This document shows positions 39,300 through 52,153 of a DNA stretch of 64,000 nucleotides, in pieces. Numbering within the stretch: position 1 is the first letter of the stretch; each line of letters begins with the position of its first letter. The notes under the pieces were generated by a model. That model saw only the letters and a list, made by a program, of their open reading frames with translations, made no database searches and had not been told where the DNA came from. A program made the translations under genes and the position numbers. Origin of the DNA: Octopus bimaculoides (lineage: Eukaryota); NCBI RefSeq assembly GCF_001194135.2, contig NC_068987.1, positions 2,582,047 to 2,646,046 of the forward strand. The letters are read 5' to 3'.

Positions 39300-40346
39300 C
39301 TGAAACGAACAAATGAACATGTCTTACTAGAGATCAAATCACGTCTACAGCAGGATTCGATTGTTCTGCTCTTCATAAACACCACACACACATAATCATT
39401 TTCCCCTCTTTCACTATCTTCTTTCACTTTTCTTCTGATGATGAAGGACTAACATCTGAAAAGTTAACTCTTCCCCTTCATTTTAAGTGTTAAGCTAATA
39501 CAATATTTGTGAAAACTTGTCCTTCCTCAGTTGTCTCCAGTGCTCGCAAGTAGTGAATTCATTGGTGGTAAGCTGCATGGCTACAGATCCAATGTTCTTC
39601 GTTAGAAGTACATTTATATATATATAGACATCACTAACGTGACTAAGAGAGCTTAGTTAGCTTAGTGATGTCTATACCTTATAGAGTGCTATGCAAAGCT
39701 TATCCACAGTTATTGGCTACCTGATGTCATCATATAGAGGAAATGCTCCAGCTACTTAGATATACATCAGGAATTCCATAGTATCCGTAGAGTTTATAGA
39801 AATAGAAAATAGAAAGAATGATGTTCTTTATTTAAAAATTGCTACAATTGTTTTGACACATTTTTACACTAGTGAGATGTTTTATATATATACAAGAAAT
39901 TAAATAACAAGGGAATACAAAATTATGCCATGGCATAATTTCTTCTTCCCTTGTCAGTTATTTAATTTCTTATTACTGCTTTCGACTCAAGTGATGCTTC
40001 ATTCTAAAGCACGTGTACATTGAGTTCTTACGTCAGGTTATTATTATCATTATACCGAAGTGAAATAAAATATATATATATATATATATATATATCCGAG
40101 GGGATGACAAGTCTGAAAGGAAGCATGTCCAGCCTTTAGAGTAATGAGCACAAAGGCACATCTGAGAGTGACTAAACATATTTAATCCATAAATGGAGAA
40201 AATCCGTAGACAAAACAGGATATACTTTGTCCGACTAATGATTACGGATTAGATATTTTACATACATAAAAATATACATATATAAAACCAAGTTCAGGCT
40301 GAGGAACATAAAACTGAGAAAAATAATAAAGTTAGTAGTTGCTTAC

Positions 40347-40424
40347 TTGATACTCGGCGGTAATCATCCTGGTTAGTGTCTAAATCACAGAAACCACTGT
40401 CGGCTGGGCTGGGGGGAAGAGATC
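40347..40424 (-). CDS. ELF/E74: ELF/E74 exon (78 nt, phase 1/1) with LPPSPADSG motif
   Basis: tgttcttgtccag|GA TCT...SLPPSPADSGFCDLDTNQDDYRRVS A|gtaagc. PPSPADSG is recalled from insect E74 proteins (not verified here). Confidence 0.9.
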
Positions 40425-40770
40425 CTGGACAAGAACAACACGCAGACATAATATTAATGCATGTGTATATACGTATATATATATATATATACATTAACAA
40501 ACTTTCACCCTCTCACTATGCATATATAAAATGTGTGTGTGTGTGTGATGAATGAGCAAAAACAATATGTATATATACATTAACAAACTGTATGTAGAGC
40601 GAGTATGATTTCAAGTGTATATATTTACAATATCTAAAGTACAAACCCACCTGCTATAAGGATATAAACGAAAGTTATATAATTGCCCTGTCTATAATGC
40701 AGGCAAAAAATTTCATATAGATTTATCAATTCACAGCATAAAAGATGTATATTTATAATTGAAGCATTGT

Positions 40771-41037
40771 CTAACTGGCTCCCGTGCTGGTGGCATGTAA
40801 AAAGCACCATTCAAGCATGGTCAATGTCAGTACCTCCTGACTGGCCCTCATGCCGGTGGCACGTAAAAGCACCCACTACACTCTCGGAGTGGCTGGCGTT
40901 AGGAATGGCATCCAGCTGTAGAAACCTTGCCAAATCAGATTGGAGCATGGTGCAGCCTTCTGGCTTGCCAGTCCTCAGTCAAATCGTCCAACCCATGCTA
41001 GCATGGAAAGTGGACGTTAAACGATGATGATGATGAT
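40771..41037 (+). mobile_element. SINE-like family C
   Basis: gccggtggcacgtaaaagcacccactacactctcggagtgg...catccagctgtagaaaccttgcc...catggaaagtggacgttaaacgatgatgatg. Confidence 0.85.
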
Positions 41038-41049
41038 ATATCCCTAAAC

Positions 41050-41630
41050 ATGAGCACCATGCAGACAGAACCTTCACAGACACTCCAAATTCCAGGCCTC
41101 AGTACCAGCAAGGAATTCTCTTGGCAAAAGCAAATCCTTAACATAGTAGGGACCACATCTCAGACAATACTTTTCCCCCCCAACACAAGGCTGCAGTGGG
41201 GTCCATGGTGTAATACTGCTCCAACATCTGGGACAGTACTACTGTCATTACGCACACAAATATTCTGGGATGCATCCAGAGAAGGGCCACTTGATTGAGT
41301 GACATTCAGTAATTGAACAAATTCCACCCTTTGGTACACAGGTGTGCTGTGTCCACTCTCAGTCTTTTCTACTACTGCTACTATAATGGCCTCTGTTCAG
41401 TGGAGCAGGGTGATTTTATACTGCCACCACTCAGACACTCCTGAACCTTTTTTTCCGTCACTTCTCATCATCCCTTTTGTGTCTGACTCTACTGCTAGAC
41501 CCTGCACTGACCATTAGCCCCACTCCTTCCTCCCCAGCACAGTGACCCTCTGAAACCCTCCACCCCTTGACATTCATGTCTTTCTTGCAGATGTTGATCA
41601 ACAACAGCTCAAATAAAGCATTAATGGCAT
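41050..41630 (+). mobile_element. CR1/L2-group LINE ORF2 C-terminal remnant
   Basis: Frames give YCSNIWDSTT...NILGCIQRRAT, YYNGLCSVE and HSFLPSTVTL*N.P, matching YCSHIW..L..IQRRA / YY.G.CS.E / SF.P.T..LWNSLP. Confidence 0.7.
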
Positions 41631-41759
41631 CAGTCTCACCGGAGATTTGACTGTTGTATCTAGCAAACCACTTTGACCAAGTAAAGATTAGGTTGTTAGA
41701 ATACATTGCGTTGCCAAAGTATGTTGCAATACAATATAATACACCACACAATTGTGGTG

Positions 41760-41801
<42 letters not shown>

Positions 41802-41931
41802 AATAAGTTCAAAAAGAACAATTCAAACTTTTTGAGAGGTCCAAAAGGGAGAAAGAATGATTTCTAATAAAAGATTCATCATATTAATAAAAAAACAACC
41901 GGAGAAAGTAGTAAGAATAAGAAAATAGTAG

Positions 41932-42251
41932 TTGGAAAATATCGTTACAGGTATAAAAGATACCATAAACAAGTATAAGAATGGAGAAAATATGTTAAAA
42001 TCAAAATTGAATTTAATACAAAAGTGAATTCAATACATACGCATGTTTCAAAAGACAATACAAATATTTAAGAAAAAATTATAATAATAATAATTAAAAT
42101 TATAATTAAAGTTATGCATTTTAATTATAATTATTTTTTTTTCATAAATATTTGTATTCATTTTTGTATTAAATCCAATTTTGATTTTAACATATTTTCT
42201 CCATTTTTATACTTGTTTATGGTATTTTTATACCTATAACGAATTTTTCAA
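41932..42251. repeat. AT-rich fold-back inverted repeat (about 140-bp arms)
   Basis: cgttacaggtataaaagataccataaacaagtataagaatggagaaaatatgttaaaatcaaaattgaatttaatacaaaa is mirrored by ttttgtattaaatccaattttgattttaacatattttctccatttttatacttgtttatggtatttttatacctataacg. Confidence 0.9.
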
Positions 42252-42330
42252 TATATAGATGTGTATGTATGTATATATTACACAGTGTGTGTGCGTGTGT
42301 AGTGCGTAACCTATGAGAGTGTCTTCTTAC

Positions 42331-42459
42331 CTGAATGTGGAGGAATTACAAATGATAGAGATTTGTTATCATAAGTTGCTGTTGGAGAATCCAGGCTGAT
42401 GAGTGCCTCAACTGCTGCTTGCTGACCATTATTCTCCTGCTGTTGTTCACAGGCATCCA
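42331..42459 (-). CDS. ELF/E74: ELF/E74 exon (129 nt, phase 1/1) with the ELF N-terminal transactivation motif
   Basis: tttttgtattgcag|TG GAT...DACEQQQENNGQQAAVEALISLDSPTATYDNKSLSFVIPPHS G|gtaaga. AVEALISLDSP resembles the EAAEALL.M(D/E)SP motif of vertebrate ELF1/2/4. Confidence 0.9.
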
Positions 42460-42569
42460 CTGCAATACAAAAACAAACAAACGTACAGTATATACACATA
42501 TACATTGAATGCATATATATAAATTACATATATATATAGACACATACACACATATTCACTGTGTGTACA

Positions 42570-42690
42570 TCATCATCATCATTAAAATACCACTTTTCCA
42601 TGCTTGCATGGGTCAGATGAGTTTTGTTGGGGCAGGCAGATGTTCTACAGCTGGATGCCCTTCCCGTCACCAACCCTTACCTGTTTCTAA
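42570..42690 (-). mobile_element. Partial family C-related SINE
   Basis: catcatcatcatt...ttttccatgcttgcatggg...ctacagctggatgcccttcc is antiparallel to 40900-41037. Confidence 0.6.
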
Positions 42691-42910
42691 GCAAAGTAAT
42701 ATTTCCCCACGTTCAGACATACCATCACCAGAGACTGGAAAGAAACAACACCATTTGCATCATGTTGCTTATTTATTATTATCAAGACAACGAAACAAAC
42801 ACACACACACACACTGTGGGCTTCTTTTAGTTTCTGTTTAGCAAATTCGCTCTGAAGGCTTTGGTTGGGAAACAAACTTCTTGACTACATAGTCAAGGCT
42901 GTGTGCCTAC

Positions 42911-42941
<31 letters not shown>

Positions 42942-44775
42942 AACATTGACTATGTATGACATGTACTAACATTATGTGTAAGACAGATGCACACACGCAT
43001 ATACATAATGAATAACAGATTCATTATACACACACAGACACGCACAAGACATACAAATAAACACTGGATGTACATAAAATGGTATTTAGTTGTGACTGGT
43101 TCTGTTCTGTTTTGGGGATTTTGCCAAGATCAATTTTTCTCAAAACAGAGAGAGAGGAAAAGAGTTTGACAGTCATAAACACACACACATACACAGTCAA
43201 TGCTTAAACACACACAGGTGTATGTATGTGTGTGCGTGTGTATTTATTATTATTAACTAGTTGAAACTTTGAAGTCACTGTCAACAACATTCTTGTCTAA
43301 GAATAATAAATTTGTACTCTACTAAAGTACAGAGTAACCCATCAGATTAATGTAAGATTGTTTTTATTACAAATGAACATAAAAGCAAACATTAACACAC
43401 ACACACACACACACACAGAGTTTAAACATACACATGTTATTTAGAGTGACTTCTAAGGAATTAAAAGCTAATATCAGTTTCTTATGTTATCTCCCCTGAG
43501 ATATCACCTATGAAGATATTGTGATATATCACCTATCTAGTCAGGTGTCTGTAGTGATATCAACTTTAGAAACCCCTTAAATCAAACAAGAGATGGATCC
43601 CTTTTACAATAATCCTTGTTTAATCTGAATCATTTAGTTGAGCTGATAAAGGAACAAGCTAGACAGCCCTGCAATCTGCCAGAAATAACAGTGATATTTC
43701 TACATCATACAAGTCTGTAAAAGAAAGGCCATATTAGATAAAGTCCGAGATACATTATGCCAGAAAAACATGCATGATGGTCATGACTGGAACGTAGGTG
43801 ATCAGGAGCTAAACAGCAGCAGCAGCACGACATTGAAAAATACAGATTGGATGGTCATTAAAGATGTTTGATCACAGGTCAATGAGATTAGAGCTGACCT
43901 GGCCTTAAGCAACACTGTTCACTTCTAATTAAATCATGTACCATACCAGTCATAAACTAGGGAGTCACTTGTAGACATTACAATTCCAAAGCAATAAAAA
44001 CTGGATTTATCTACACAATTCCTCACCCTTTCTGGGAATGCCTTACTAGAAACTCTTACATTGAGTTTCTACAGAACTTAGCGCTGCTCTGTCAGTTTAC
44101 CAAATAATTTTAATTGCCACCGGACATATTCCAATATTGGTTTCTACTGTGGAGAGATCTGCAAGAACTCCCATTGATTGGACAGAAATATAATCTATCA
44201 TACTTCATATACACCGAAACGAATATTCCGGTATAGCTGCTGGCTGGCACTGACGCTAAAAGCCAGAACAAATATACGTGGAAAAGACTTCCAGCAATCG
44301 TGAGAAAAACCAAACAAAGTGGAAAGAAAGAGAGAAAGAAAGAGAGAAAGAGAGAAAGAGAGGAAGAAAGAAAGAAAGAACAATAGACAAAAAGGAAAGA
44401 CGTTGGTAGATTGTAAGAACAAAAGAAGTTATTCCTGCCACACACATAGCAGAGAGATCTGATGCCAAAACTAATGTGGGATAACGGCAATGATGATGAT
44501 GATGATGTGGTGATAACGACAACCAATACAATAGGGGTGAGCTAAGATAGCAGAAGGTACATCATGTGACTCAAAGAAATAGCATCAAGTTGAAATATCC
44601 TTAGGGTTAGGTAGGGCAGATGAAGGGTGGGGTGGGGTGGGTGAGGGTAGTCGTGTGCATGGGGTGGGGAAGAAGAGAGAGAGAGAGAGCAGTGCTTCAC
44701 AAATAAACAACATGCAACTAAGAACTTTTGCATATGTGTGCGTGTGGTTCTATGTTTACGTACACATACATTTGC

Positions 44776-44818
<43 letters not shown>

Positions 44819-46869
44819 CATATACACACACACACACATATATATACACACACCTGTGCTTATGCACACACACAAAAAGAATAAAGCCATAACAAATACC
44901 ATTATGGTTTGTTTATAATTTCCCTCCACACACCCACACCCTCCACCTAGATAAGTGATGGAGGGGGGGAGGAGGAGAAAGACTAACACACACAAACACA
45001 CTGAATAATAGACACATATATATATACATACATTTTTTACATTATGTATACAGACACACACACATAAACTCACTGAATAATAGATGCATATATATATATA
45101 TGTATATACATACATTTTTTACATATACATATATGCACATGCATATGTGTTTATATATACACACATACACACACTGAATAATAGGCATAATTACATACAT
45201 TTTTTACACACATACACATACATATATATATGCACATATGCACACACACACACACATGTATGACACTTGGTCATGTAAAAGGGGAGTTGAATTAGATACA
45301 AGGTGGAGAGCAAACAGTTCAGAGCTCTCCATGTGGGACACCGTCCCGAGTAGTAGTGGTGGTCATGGTGGCACAATAACAGGGACTCAGTCGACCTCCA
45401 CCATGCCAAAGGTGTCCAGGATCCGCAGTTGTTGTACGTGTATGTCTGAGCAGATGGACACTGTGGTAACCGGGTCGTCCAATAGACAAAACACAAGCAC
45501 CAAGAAAACAACTGATGACTAACACACACACACACACACAGCTTGCTCTCTCTCTCTCTCTCTCTCTCTATAACGATGATGCTGATGATATATATATATA
45601 GACACACACACACACACACACACACACGTTTTCCCATTCTCCTCTTTATCATCCTTTGAAATCTCAATATCTTATAAACTTTCTCCCTTTTCTTGTTTAT
45701 TAATTTATTTATTTAACCTACACTACCCACCCCCACACCACCGCCGCCGCCATACCTTTTCCTCTCCCCACAACCACCCACCAACCATGGTAGCAGCGGT
45801 GGTGGTGGCGGTGGTGGTGGGTACCTATTGCTGTCTTTGACCAGGCTGTATTTATTTTGCTGCCCACCTTTCATCAAAATAGTTGCCAGCAGCAACAGAA
45901 GAATGGAGAAGATTGGGGGGGGGGGGAGAAGTACATTAGCATTGTTGTTATCAGCCCCACCCCCTCCGACCCACGCCCCATCTACTTAAATGTGTCTAAC
46001 AGGCTTTTTTTTTTTTGCAGGGAAAGAGAAAACCTTCCACTCTGGTGTTCTTCCTTCTGGCATTCTTGCGTATCAGATTCAATTCTTGCATTGTGTGTGT
46101 GTGCATGTGTACATAAATGTGTGTGTGTGTGCATGTGTACATAAATGTGTGTGTGTGTGTTATAAGAGTCCCCAGCATTTGACAACACTGCAATAAAAAA
46201 ACCAAAACAAATGAAATATTTAAGCATTATTCTCTCTCATTTCCTTCGGAACATTCAAAGACTTTTTATGGATCTGTCTATAAATAAATAAAGGAACAAT
46301 CCTGCCTCACAAACTTCTCTTTCTATCATTGTTAGGATATATTCATATGTATTTACTTATCAACCTAGACACACAGACATTCATATACTTATTTATGTAA
46401 ATGTGTGTGTGTGTTTGTGTCTTTTATTTGTTGCAGTCACTGGGTTGCAGCCATGCTGGGGCACCACCTTGAAGAATTTTTAGTTGACTGAATCAACCCC
46501 CACAACATTTTTTTTTCCTTCTCTCTCTAATCCTGGTACTTCTTCTATCATACATCCACTCTGCAGGGTGGTCGGCGTTAGGAAGGGCATCCAGTTGTAA
46601 AAACCGTGTCAAAACAGACACAGAAGTTTGGTGCCAGTCTTCCACCTAGTCAGCTCCTGGAAAGTGGACATTAAACAATGATGTTGACGAACCTGGGACT
46701 GAACCTGCAATCATGTGACTGGCAAGTAAACTTCTTGCCATGCCTGTGCCTATATATATGAGTGGTATTGGTATCCAGAAGACCCAAGATTGCAGGCAAT
46801 GCTATGTAAGTGCTATGGGAGGACCGGAGTTAAACAATCATACGAGTGAGGAGTCTAATGCGAGCATGT

Positions 46870-47000
46870 ATGTTGTAAATAAAATGAGACAACGAAGCCG
46901 AAAGGGTGTGAGGAATTTATAGGACATTTATAAAGAGAAACTTAGTCGTACAGCTGTTTCTGGGATATTAGGGATATCCCTTCATCAGAGACAGTATGAG
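46870..47000 (-). mobile_element. Penelope-like terminal repeat containing a minimal hammerhead ribozyme
   Basis: Minus 46993-46944: gtct-CTGATGA-a-gggatat-cccta-atatccc-a-GAAA-cagctGTA-cgac. Confidence 0.7.
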
Positions 47001-47260
47001 AGAGTTAACTAGAGGGAAATAGTAGAGTTCAATATAAGGAGTTATTTTGGAAAAAGACGGTTATAGGAAGTATAAAGGGGAAATAAGAGAATAAAAGTAA
47101 TATATATATATATATATATATATACATACATATCTATGTACATATATGTGTGTGTGTATATATAAATATGTGTATAAATATATATGTATATGAGTATATA
47201 CGTGTATATATATATGTGTGTATATATTTATGCATATATACATTTATGTATGCATGTATG

Positions 47261-47312
<52 letters not shown>

Positions 47313-47683
47313 TCTGACTAGATATAGATGTGTATGCATGTTTATATATTCATGTATACACCCATTATAATGGGTGATTGAGAGTGGAAAGTAGATGTGA
47401 AAGTAGAATGGTACAGACTAATTAACTGAGTCAACCACTGATGATATATGTAGCTAATTAATAATTATGTCAATGTAAGGAGGGAGGGGGGAGAGTGAGT
47501 GAATAGACAATGTGTGTGCATACACATACATAAACATATATATTATGAAAGGGTTGAGAGAGAGGACAAACAATGATGTCACAGGGTGTGCCCAGAAATG
47601 GTGTGGACACTCATTGTTGTCCTTGGTTACAAGTGGAAACAGGGAACGTGTGGTGGTGGTGGTGGGGAGTCTGCAACGGCTAT

Positions 47684-47697
47684 GTTGCCATAGCAAC
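47684..47697. promoter_or_regulatory. RFX X-box-like palindrome
   Basis: GTTGCCATAGCAAC, within the near-palindrome atGTTGCCATAGCAACat, matches the RFX consensus GTNRCCATRGYAAC. Confidence 0.45.
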
Positions 47698-47951
47698 ATG
47701 TTGTTGTTTCATGAAAATAGGACCACAGCTCCACTACCACTGCCTCTTTTTCCTCCCCAACTCATTGCTGATGTATAAGAAGATGAATCCCAGTGGGATG
47801 AATTGTGGGGGAAGAATGATTGACCCTAGTGTAAGGGAGTAGGATGGGTGGCGGTAGCATGTATTGGGAAGGGGGGGGGGTGTATTGAAGAGAACTCATA
47901 CTTTGCATGTACCACATCCTCATGTTTCTTTGTTTCTTGGGGGGGATTGAT

Positions 47952-47993
<42 letters not shown>

Positions 47994-48109
47994 TATATGA
48001 GAGAAAAAAAGAAAGACACAGAGATATGTATATGTGTTTGTATGTACCCAATTTATGCCAGAATTAAAAACAGACATGCACATAGAGTACATTAAAGCAC
48101 ATATACGCA

Positions 48110-48153
<44 letters not shown>

Positions 48154-48569
48154 TAGACACACAGTTCTTAAAAGGAAAGCAGTTTAATTAAAAGAGAATG
48201 AGGAATGTGAGAATTAATTAGAAATTATATCCCCAAACCCCATCCCTGTTACTGTCCCCAGGGTGGAACAGTTGGATCCAGAACACATTAAGTGTTGTGG
48301 AGCTGGGGGGGGGGGCAAGTGTTGTAAGACGAAGAGGTGGCATCATTCATGCTTTTTTTCAAGAGGATAAACTGAAATCTCTCATCAACTGTACATTAAG
48401 GTCTTCGAAAAATGTCCCAAACATATTGGTAACCAACATCAACGTGAACTACAAATATATCTATATATATATATAAAACCATACATACACACACATTTGG
48501 TGTGTGTGCATACATATACATACACACACATAATAGGTGCACAAACACATCGATATATACATGCATGCG

Positions 48570-48618
<49 letters not shown>

Positions 48619-48625
48619 CTGCGCC

Positions 48626-48657
<32 letters not shown>

Positions 48658-48896
48658 TATTTCTCTATCCCATGTACCCGCTGCAGATCCTAACACAACC
48701 AAGCTTCATTTAATACCTAAAATACACAAACCACATCAATTGTCTTTATTTCTTATGAATTTAAAAAGAAGCTGACAATCTGTGTGTGTGTGTGTGTGTG
48801 TACATAGACATGACTGATTTCTGTAACAAACAGCTGTGCATGGGGACTGAACCAAGAACCAAGTGTCTGTGAAGCAAACTACTTCCCCACATGCCT

Positions 48897-48927
<31 letters not shown>

Positions 48928-49394
48928 CTAAATCCCCACCGACACAACCACCACACCATCAAAGAATTATTAAACTTTTTCACATTCAAAGTGAAATGGT
49001 AGCATAGCATCCATGTCTATGACTGGAGGTGGGGTGGGTGATACGGGGGGAGTTGAGGATGCTGGTTAATTACATATGAAACAAGAAATTTTCTCAAAAC
49101 TTAATTATTCCTCAGGGGAAATACAATAATATTAAAGGAATTAAATGTTTTCCTCAAGGAATTTGGTTTCTGTTGAAAGTCTGCAAGAGTTCGGCAACCG
49201 ATGCAGTCACTAATAGTGTGTTATATACAAGCGTATACATACAAGTATGTATACATGCATGCATATATATAACACACACACACATACATACATGTGGTGT
49301 GACAGGTCTATACACACATGCACACTTGGGTGTGTATATGTTTAGTTCTGTGTGTGTAAATGTGTATGCATGTAAGTATGCTTATGTGATTGGT

Positions 49395-49442
<48 letters not shown>

Positions 49443-49481
49443 GTCATATATGTACATGAAATGAGTATTTGCATACATGTT

Positions 49482-49512
<31 letters not shown>

Positions 49513-52153
49513 CACTACAGTGACTAATGACTGAGTATATATATGTGTGTGTGTGTGTATACATGGTAGTTAATTAACTGGTGACAAATGCTACATGTGA
49601 ATATATTTGAAAAAAAAATATATATATATATAAGCCAGTGTGTATATTATGCGACTGTGTGTGTGTGTATATACAGCAGTTAATTAACAGGTGACAATTT
49701 CTACAACAAAGTGATTGGGAAAAAAGAAAGTCCATCATCTCAGAGTGTCCATTCAATAGAATGACTAATCAGCTCTCTAAAGTTGTCCCTAATTAGTGTG
49801 GACACTGACTAATTAAATGATCCTGTAGTAGCAGCAGCAGCAGTAGTAGCTGTTGTCAACCACCTCTATCTATCTATCTGTCTGTCTGTCTGTCTATTTC
49901 TCCATACTCTTGTCACCAACTAGTAACTGAGTAGTAGTAGTAGTAGTAGTTCTCAACCCTTCTATCTGCCTGTCTTTCTCTATGCGACCCCCCCCCCCCC
50001 AGCAACTAATCACTGAGTTTAATTCCCTTCCACCTGTCTGTCTTTACAGCAGTTGCTTGGTAGTGCATGTCTGTGTGTCTTACCTGTAAACCCTCCACCA
50101 CCACCGGCACCACCACCAACACAGTGTGTGTGTGTGTGTGTGGGGTGGCGGTGGCAATGGTACTTCCTACAGTTGATGTAGTTTACAGCAGTCAAATGCA
50201 AGTAATCAGCTGATGGCAAGAGGGGGGTGAGGGGGGAACGTTAGAATGTCACAACTAAAAACTGTAGACAATATGGTGGCTCTCCATCCCCATGCCCACC
50301 ACCCCGGAACATGTAGTTGTGGTGTGACATTACAGGCTGTGTATGCTTGTGTGTGTATATATGTGTGTGTGTGTGTGTACGTGTATGTGCATATATATAT
50401 ATATATATATGTATGTATATATATGTATATATGGTGAAAGAGGTCTCTGTCTTACACATATAAAACTAATGAGGTTGTGTGCATATATATATGGTGAGAA
50501 AGACGTGTATATGTCTGTCTCTCTCATATATATATATATATATACATGTGTGTGTGTGTGTGTGTGGTGAAAGGTATGTGTGTGTCTGGCCCTCCCTCTC
50601 TCCACATGTACCTGAGGTGTGTTTGTTTGTGGAGGTAGGAGTGGGGGGAGGGGCGGCAACAGTTGAAGAATGCCAGCCCAGTTCCACTTGTTCACTGGTC
50701 ATTAATTGTCTTAAATAGAAATAGCATGGCGGTGGTGGTGGCGATGGTGGTGTAATAGCTGCATATTAATAGCATGATGACAATGGAAGGAGGGTGGACG
50801 ATGACGGTGGTGATGGTGGTAGTAATAATAGTAGCATATTAATAGAGGGAGATGATGACAGTGGTGGTGGTGGTGGTGGTGTCGGTTACAGCTTTATTTC
50901 CTTTCTGTGCGGAGGGGGGGGAGAGAAAGGCGTGAGGGTCACTTTCCTTTCCTTTGAAGACACAGGAAGTGGGTTCCAGACAATGTTGTGACAATAAAAT
51001 ATATTACAATAATTACAGTATAGGNNNNNNNNNNNNNNNNNNNNNNNNNNNNNNNNNNNNNNNNNNNNNNNNNNNNNNNNNNNNNNNNNNNNNNNNNNNN
51101 NNNNNNNNNNNNNNNNNNNNNNNNNNNNNNNNNNNNNNNNNNNNNNNNNNNNNNNNNNNNNNNNNNNNNNNNNNNNNNNNNNNNNNNNNNNNNNNNNNNN
51201 NNNNNNNNNNNNNNNNNNNNNNNNNNNNNNNNNNNNNNNNNNNNNNNNNNNNNNNNNNNNNNNNNNNNNNACACTGGCGTATCTCCCCACCTCACAATTT
51301 CTGTCTGGTACTTATTTTATCGATTCCTATTTATTGAACTGCTAGGTCATGGGATATAAACGGACACAACACAACCAGCATCAGTTTTTCAGCCAGTGTA
51401 AAACCCCCACAAAACAGGCTTCCACGCAGTTTCCATTCACCAAGGTAGGGTGAGACAGGAGCATGATGGGAAGGTCAGGACAAGAGCATGATAGGAAGGG
51501 CAAGACGGGGGGGGGTATGATGGGTAAGAAGCATAGGAGTAGCAGTGGTAGAGGGAGGGGGTGTTGTGTTGTCATACAAAAAACAATGGTGGTGGTGGTG
51601 TAGAAGGTTACTAAAGGTGTGGAGGGGGTAGGGGTGTAGAAAGGCTGCAGTAAGTCAATTTATGCCTACCCCCACCCACACACCATCCACTGTCTCTGGT
51701 TCCACACAAGACATACTGTAGCTCTGTTATTTCCACCAAACAATGTCAGACTATCAACAGTCACATTGCTTAATTCTCAACCAGCTTTTATTACAATGAC
51801 ATTTTTGACCTTTTACTGAGTCTTCAAATAAAATAAAATAAAATAAAATAAAATATATATTGCAGAAAATTCTAATCTGAAAGCCAGACTGTTGTTAAAT
51901 GGCAGAACATTAGATGAGTGAGTGCGCATATATGGGTGTGAGTGTATGAGTGACTATTGGTATATACAACCAATGGAGATTAACTTAAGAGTGCATACGT
52001 GGTATAACATACATACATACACACACATGTATATACATACAATATATATATATATATATTGCTATAGATATACAGGCAATGTGTGTGTGATGTATACAGA
52101 CATATAAAATATCCTTACATTGCTTGTATATCAAAATTGTGTGTGTATAAGCT

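Noticed and set aside
44110-44330. Possible retroelement or exon fragment
   Set aside because: No frame gave a convincing motif, so it could not be classified without a search.
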